A DNA stretch of 64,000 bases from the human T2T-CHM13v2.0 reference genome, Homo sapiens, in assembly GCF_009914755.1 (NCBI RefSeq), contig NC_060946.1, one strand, 5' to 3'. Positions 55,740 to 64,000 of the stretch are shown here, piece after piece. How positions within the stretch are numbered: the stretch's first letter is position 1; each line of letters opens with the position of its first letter. Under the pieces are notes generated by a model. That model was not told the DNA's origin, did not search any database, and worked only from the letters and a program-made list of their open reading frames with translations. The translations under genes were made by a program, and so were the position numbers.

Positions 55740-57792
55740 TTACATTTTGGCATGTTTTTGCAGTGGCTGGTACTGGTTTTTCCTTTCCATGTTTAGTGCT
55801 TCCTTCAGGATCTCTTTTAGCACAGGCCTGGTGGTGACAAAATCTCTCAGCATTGGCTTGTCTGTAAAGTATTTTATTTCTCCTTCACTTATGAAGCTTA
55901 GTTTGGCTGGATATGAAATTCTGGGTTGAAAATTCTTTTCTTTTTCTTTTTTTGGTAGCACAGTGAGTGGAGTTTATTTTTATAATTTGTAGAAAATTGA
56001 CATTTAGATTTCAAAACTTATATTACAAAATTATCAGCAGCAGTCTTAAGCATTTCAACCATGCTGATAGATTCCACTTTGCTAACACAAACAAGGCTAT
56101 TATACTATGTTTGAAAAGCAAGACTTGTTCCAAGACGGCCTATTATTATACATCTGCCTCACTGCTCAGGACCCGTTTGTGACTGTGTCTTCTTCCATCT
56201 CTTCTTCACCATCATCAGTGGGCCCCAATCTGCGTTCTCTGCCAGGGATCTGACCAGACTGCAGCAACCCCTTCAGCCTCTCCACTTCAGCCAGAGGTGA
56301 AGCATTTGCTATAGCATTCTTGATTGCTTCTACATCCCCTGGAGATGGCCCACCTTTCTTTTTGTCAGTTGGCAAACCAGCACCTGGATTAAAAGTTTTG
56401 CTTCTCCTGGCAATATCCTTTGCAAGCTGTGCACCCCGTTTGCCCTTGAACATTTTCTCTGCTTCCTGACGCTCTTTAGTTTCACTTTCTGGAAATCCAG
56501 TACTCTGATTTGCGGAACTTTATAAATCACATACAATCTGTAATGCTTCTTATTGGTTACTGGATTTCTTAGGATACTTAGGTAAGTCAGCGATTTGAGA
56601 GATGCCAGAGGGTCCAGATCACCCAGTTCCACGAGCCTATTATTGGTGAGAATGAGTTCTGTCAGACAGGGCAGAGCCTGATCAAGTCCCTCACCTATAC
56701 GGCATATTCTGTTTTGTTCACTAACAACGTTTTCAGTCTTCTCAACAAAGGAAAACCATCCAGTTTCCTGATCTCATTGTCAGAAAAATCAATAGCATCA
56801 AACTGGTCTAACGTAGCACCTAGATTTTCAATGACGGGAATTTTATACCCCCGGAGGTCCAGCTCCCGGTCGCGCACCGCGCTGGTGTACTGCGCCGCCT
56901 GCTCGATCAGCTCCGCCGTCAGCTTGACCATCCTGCGGCCTCCCGTTCCCCCGCGCTGTGGAAAGCTGAAAATTCTTTTAAGAATGTTGAATATTGGCCC
57001 CCACTCTCTTCTGGCTTGTAGAGTTTCTGACGAGAGATCCGCTGTTAGTCTGATGGGCTTCCCTTTGTGGGGAACCCGACCTTTCTCTCTGGCTGCCCTT
57101 AACATTTTTTCCTTCATTTCCACTTTGGTGATTCTGACAATTATGTGTCTTGGAGTTGCTCTTCTCGAGGAGTATCTTTGTGGCGTTCTCTGTATTTCCT
57201 GAATCTGAATGTTGGCCTGCCTTGCTAGATTGGGGAAGTTCTCCTGGATAATATCCTGCAGAGTGTTTTCCAACTTGGTTCCATTCTCCCCGTCACTTTC
57301 AGGTACACCAATCAGATGTAGATTTGGTCTTTTCACATAGTCCCATATTTCTTGAAGGCTTTGTTCGTTTCTTTTTATTCTTTTTTCTCTAAACTTCCCT
57401 TCTCGCTTCATTTCATTCATTTCATTTTCCATCACTGATACCCTTTCTTCCAGTTGATCGCATCGGCTCCTGAGGCTTCTGCATTCTTCACGTAGTTCTC
57501 GAGCCTTGGCTTTCAGCTCCATCAGCTCCTTTAAGGACTTCTCTGCGTTGGTTATTCTAGTTATCCATTTGTCTAATTTTTTTTCACAGTTTTAAACTTC
57601 TTTGCTATTGGTTTGAATTTCCTCCTGTAGCTTGGAGTAGTTTGATCATCTGAAGCCTTCTTCTCTCAGCTCGTCAAAGTCATTCTCCATCCAGCTTTGT
57701 TCCATTGCTGGTGAGGAGCTGCGTTCCTTTGGAGGAGGAGAGGCGCTCTGCTTTTTAGAGTTTCCAGTTTTTCTGCTCTGTTTTTTCCCCAT
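55740..57792 (-). pseudogene. L1 ORF1, with nonsense codons and split by the SNRPA1 retrocopy
   Basis: MGKKQSRKTGNSK from 57792; TGA at 57646-57648 and TAA at 57592-57594; C-terminal NFQPRISYPAKLSF...KHAKM* resumes below 55940. Confidence 0.93.
55940..56966 (-). pseudogene. SNRPA1: Processed pseudogene of SNRPA1 (U2 snRNP A')
   Basis: Intronless MVKLTAELIEQAAQY...EEDTVTNGS* (ATG 56931, stop 56166-56168) with two 1-nt frameshifts (~56712, ~56473); 5'UTR, 3'UTR, AATAAA (55973-55978 on -), poly-A remnant and TSD tgaaaattctttt at 55927 and 56967. Confidence 0.96.
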
Positions 57793-58374
57793 CTTTGTGG
57801 TTTTATCTACTTTTGGTCTTTGATGATGGTGATGTACAGATGGGTTTTCGGTGTGGATGTCCTTTCTGTTTGTTAGTTTCCTTCTAACACACAGGACCCT
57901 CAGCTGCAGGTCTGTTGGAGTTTGCTAGAGGTCCACTCCAGACTCTGTTTGCCTGGGTATCCACAGCGGTGTTTGCAGAACAGTGGTTTTTCATGAACCG
58001 CGAATGCTGCTGTCTGATCGTTCCTCTGGAAGTTTTGTCTCAGAGGAGTACCCGGCCGTGTGAAGTGTCAGTCTGCCCCTACTGGGGGGTGCCTCCCAGT
58101 TAGGCTGCTCAGGGGTCAGGGGTCAGGGACCCACTTGAGGAGGCAGTCTGCCGGTTCTCAGATCTCCAGCTGCGTGCTGGGAGAACCACTGCTCTCTTCA
58201 AAGCTGTCAGACAGGGACATTTAAGTCTGCAGAGGTTACTGCTGTCTTTTTGTCTGTCTGTGCCCTGCCCCCAGAGGTGGAGCCTACAGAGGCAGGCAGG
58301 CCTCCTTGAGCTGTGGTGGGCTCCACCCAGTTCGAGCTTCCCGGCTGCTTTGTTTACCTAATCAAGCCTGGGCA

Positions 58375-58911
58375 ATGGCGGGCGCCCCTCCCCCAGCCTC
58401 GCTGCCGCCTTGCAGTTTGATCTCAGACTGCTGTGCTAGCAATCAGCGAGACTCCGTGGGCGTAGGACCCTCCGAGCCACATGCAGGATATAATCTCCCG
58501 GTGTGCCGTTTTTTAAGCCCGTTGGAAAAGCGCAGTATTAGGGTGGGAGTGACCCGATTTTCCAGGTGCCGTCTGTCGCCCCTTTCTTTGACTCGGAAAG
58601 GGAACTCCCTGACCCCTTGCGCTTCCCGAGTGAGGCAATGCCTCGCCCTGCTTCAGCTCGTGCACGGTGCGCTGCACCCACTGTCCTGCGCCCCCTGTCT
58701 GGCACTCCCTAGTGAGATGAACCCTCAGATGGAAATGCAGAAATCACCCGTCTTCTGCGTCGCTCACGCTGGGAGCTGTAGACCGGAGCTGTTCCTATTG
58801 GGCCATCTTGGCTCCACCACCCTGGTCAGTCTTTTTAATTTTAGTCATTCTGATAGGTGTGTGATAATATTTCATTGTGGTTTTAATTTGCATTTGCTTA
58901 ATGACTGGTGA
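58375..58911 (+). other. L1 antisense ORF0-like reading frame, extended past the element's 5' end
   Basis: MAGAPPPASLPPCSLISDCCASNQRDSVGVGPSEP is the ORF0 N-terminus; frame stays open to 58911. Confidence 0.7.
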
Positions 58912-59583
58912 TGTGAAGCATATTTCATGTGCTCATTGTCATCCATATATCTTCTTTGGGGAAGTGTCTGTTCAAATCTTTTGCCTATTTAAAAACTTCT
59001 GTTGTCATCTTTTTATAGAGTTTTGAGAGTTCTTTTTACGTGCTGAATGTAAGTTCTTTGTCAGCTGTATGCATTGTAAATGTCTTCTCCAAGTCAGAGC
59101 TTGCTTTTTAATTCTCTAAACGGTGTCTTTTGGAGCTCAGCAGTTTTAAACTTTGAGGGAGTACAACTAATCACTGTATTCTTTATTGTTACATATTATT
59201 TGGTATATCTATTCATTTATTTAGGACTTCCTCAGTTGTCTCAGCAATGTTTTATAGTTTTGAGTGTGCAGGTTTTTCACATATGTTGTCAGAATTATTT
59301 ATTTATTTATTTATCAGAATTATTTATAAGTATTTCATATTCTGATACTCAATTGTTGATTCCTAGTATACAGAAATACAATTGATTTTTGTGTGGTTAT
59401 CATGTATCTTGAAATCATGGATCATGCTTTTGGTGTATGGTCTAAGAGATTTTTGCTTAACCCAAGGTCACAAAAATGTTCTTTTATGTTTTATTCTAGA
59501 AATGTTAGAATTTTAGGTTTTTCACTTAGGTTTATGATCCATTTTGAGTTAATTTTTGTATTTGGTATGAACTTGGATTGAAA

Positions 59584-59887
<304 letters not shown>

Positions 59888-60226
59888 TGAAAATTCTTTG
59901 GTATATGATGTCCAATTGCTCCAGCACTATATGTTGAAAAGATTCTCCTTTTTCCATTGAAATGCCTTTGTACCTCTGAAGAAAATCAGTCGTTCATATA
60001 TGTCTGGCTCTGCTTTTGAGCTATTTTGTTCCTTTCATGTATTTGTTTATCTTGACACCAGTACCACACCATCTTACTGCAAATGGGTTTATAATAAGTC
60101 TGGAAATCAGGTAGTATACATCTTCCAACATCTGTGTTTTCTTAAAGCTGTTTTGACGGGTTTAGGTCCTTTGTATTTCCATATGAATTTTAGCATGAGT
60201 CTGTTGATTTCTACAATAAAAATTCT

Positions 60227-61210
<984 letters not shown>

Positions 61211-61284
61211 AGAATCTGCTGATGTTTTCATTGTGATTGTGTTGAATTTGCAGATCAATTTGGGAAGACATGACACCCTAACAA

Positions 61285-61794
61285 TACTGCGTCCTCTGAG
61301 TCATGAGCTCAGGGTATCTATTCATTTATTTAGGGTACTGCGTCCTCTGAGTCATGAGCTCAGGGTATCTATTCATTTATTTAGGGTACTGCGTCCTCTG
61401 AGTCATGAGCTCAGGGTATCTATTCATTTATTTAGGGTACTGCGTCCTCTGAGTCATGAGCTCAGGGTATCTATTCATTTATTTAGGGTACTGTGTCCTC
61501 TGAATCATGAACTCAGTGTATCTATTCATTTATTTAGGGTACTACATCCTCTGAGTCATGAGCTCAGGGTATCTATTCATTTGTTTAGGGTACTGTGTCC
61601 TCTGAATCATGAACTCAGTGTATCTATTCATTTATTTAGGGTACTGTGTCCTCTGAGTCATGAGCTCAGGGTATCTATTCATTTATTTACGGTACTGCGT
61701 CCTCTGAGTCGTGAGCTCAGGGTATCTATTCATTTATTTACGGTACTGCGTCCTCTGAGTCATGAGCTCAGGGTATCTATTCATTTATTTAGGG
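61285..61794. repeat. 51-bp VNTR, 10 copies, amplified from L1M sequence
   Basis: Unit tactgcgtcctctgagtcatgagctcagggtatctattcatttatttaggg. Confidence 0.97.
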
Positions 61795-62045
61795 CTGCTT
61801 CAATTTCTCTCAGCAATGTTTTGTAATTTTGAGTGTGCAGGTTTTTCACATATTTTGTCAGAATTATTTCTAAATATTTCATATTCTGATATTCAATTGT
61901 TGACTGCCAGTATACAGAAATACAATTGATTTTTGTGTGGTTCCCATGTATCTTGAAACCATGCCAAGTTCATTTGTTAATTCTGGTGCTCTGTTTGTAG
62001 CTGCCACTGGATTTCAACATAGACAATCAAGTCTTCTGTGAATAA

Positions 62046-62378
<333 letters not shown>

Positions 62379-63395
62379 TGAAAGCCCTTGTTTTTCTTGC
62401 CTTATTTCACAGTACAATGCTGAATGGAAGTGGTGAGAGTGGACATTCTTGTTCCTGAGCTTAAGCATGAAAAGCTTCAGTCTGTTGCCATTAAGTGTGA
62501 TGTTAACTGTGGGTTTTTCACAAATACCATTTATTAGGCTGAGGATATTTTATTCTCTAAGAAAAATATAGAGGTTTATATTTTTGCTAAGAGGTTTATA
62601 TTTTTATTTTTTACACAGTAATGAGTGTTGAATTTTGCCAGCTTTTCCTACATTTATTGAGATGATCATGTAATTTTTCTGTTTTTACTTTGTTAATCTG
62701 GTGTATTAAATAAACTATTTTAGAACAACTTTAGATTTATAGTAGTCACAGATTGTTACAGATTTACTCCTCTAGTTTGAGACTATTTCTCAGTCTTTCT
62801 TTGCTCTTATATGACCTTGACAAATTTGAGGGATAGTTAGGTATTTTGTAGAATATCCCTCCATTTGAATTTGTGTAATATTTTTCTCATGATTATATTG
62901 GGATTATGAATTTTGGGAAAGAGTCTCATAGAGACAAATTATCCTCATCACATCCTATCAGGAGTCTACAACATACATATGACAACAGTGATGACATTAA
63001 CCTTGATCCGTTGGTCAGGGCAGTGTTTTCTGGGTTTCATCACTGTTCGCTTTCTATAAGTGCTTCTTTAGAAGTGAGCCACTCAGTCCAGCCCATTCTC
63101 TGTAGTGATGGTGGTTGGGGGTGTTGGCTCCACCCCCTGCAGATGGCAGGAGTTACACATAGTATTTTTAATTTTTCTGTATGAAAGATTTGTCTCTTAT
63201 TATTCATCTATTCATTATATTAGTGTAGAGCCCTAATGTATATTTATTTTATACAGTGGACTATAAACCAATATGACATTATATAATTTGTTGCTCACAT
63301 TTTTCCAGCTTTGCCCATTGGGAGCCCTTTCATATTGGCTCTTGAGTCCCTTTGACATGCCTTCATCATTTTTTAAATTAAAAAATTATTACTAA

Positions 63396-63535
63396 TTTAT
63401 TTTTATTTTATGGAGATAGGTTCTTTCTATGTTACAGCCCAGGCTGGTGTGGTCTTGAACTCCCGGCCTCAAGCAATCCTCCTACCTCAGCCTTCCAAAG
63501 TGCTGGGATTACAGGTGTGAGCCAGTGCACCTGTG
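63396..63535 (-). mobile_element. Alu monomer (FLAM-like)
   Basis: Single reverse Alu arm. Confidence 0.75.
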
Positions 63536-63938
63536 GCTTCATTCCCGGCTTCATTTCATTTGTTGAGCACATCCTTCCTTTCTGATATAATAAGGTGCTA
63601 CAGGCTCATTTTGCATTTCCCCTGCTTCAACCCTGGAATCCACCATTTCTCTAAAGTAATCTGGTTTTTTCACTGGAAAGTGTTTTTTTAGAAACTAAGA
63701 TCTGGACACTGGGTGTGCTTGTCAATACTGAGATGTATTACTTCTAAGCCCTCAAAGCTGGATGAGACAGTTAGGTAATATATGTTGTATACTAACCCAT
63801 GTACACACATGTATCTATTATTGTTTTTGTATCTATCCATTTTATATATATATAAAGCTAAATGAGAGTTCACAATAATACTTTCACCTCTTATCCAGTA
63901 CCGCAAGATTTAGTTTATCCTTTTCTTGCTTCCAATAC

Positions 63939-64000
63939 TTTTTTTTTTTTGAGACAGAATCTTGCACTGTGGCTCAGGCTAGAGTGCAGTGGCGTGTGAT
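63939..64000 (-). mobile_element. Alu 3' end, truncated by the window edge
   Basis: Poly-T then gagacagaatcttgcactg... Confidence 0.85.

Overview
Human (primate) genomic DNA that I recognise from the proteins as distal 22q13.33. It holds the 3' half of SHANK3 on the + strand (conventional exons 12-22: end of SH3, PDZ, proline-rich Homer/cortactin region, SAM domain, 3'UTR to ~34.8 kb) and the complete 5-exon acrosin gene ACR (+ strand, 39815-46780, 421 aa). A repeat-dense tail follows, containing a full-length primate L1PA element (- strand, ~51.6-58.8 kb) whose ORF1 is interrupted by a processed SNRPA1 (U2A') pseudogene, nested in older L1M sequence with many Alus and two VNTRs. All exon boundaries were read by hand from GT-AG sites with phase continuity. 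The most notable items not explained by this standard annotation are: (1) a ~1.2-kb, highly diverged but strictly 30-nt-periodic array just upstream of ACR that reads as a decayed 10-aa protein repeat (D-[IT]-Q-V-E-E-M-R-P-[PL]); (2) a 28-nt microexon candidate in SHANK3 intron 21 that would frameshift away the SAM domain; (3) a near-perfect RFX X-box ahead of an intragenic SHANK3 start; (4) a TGCATG-loaded VNTR upstream of the 24-nt SHANK3 microexon; (5) an in-frame L1 ORF1-SNRPA1 chimeric ORF; (6) an AP-1-motif VNTR. No prokaryotic-type systems (CRISPR, rRNA, tRNA) were seen.
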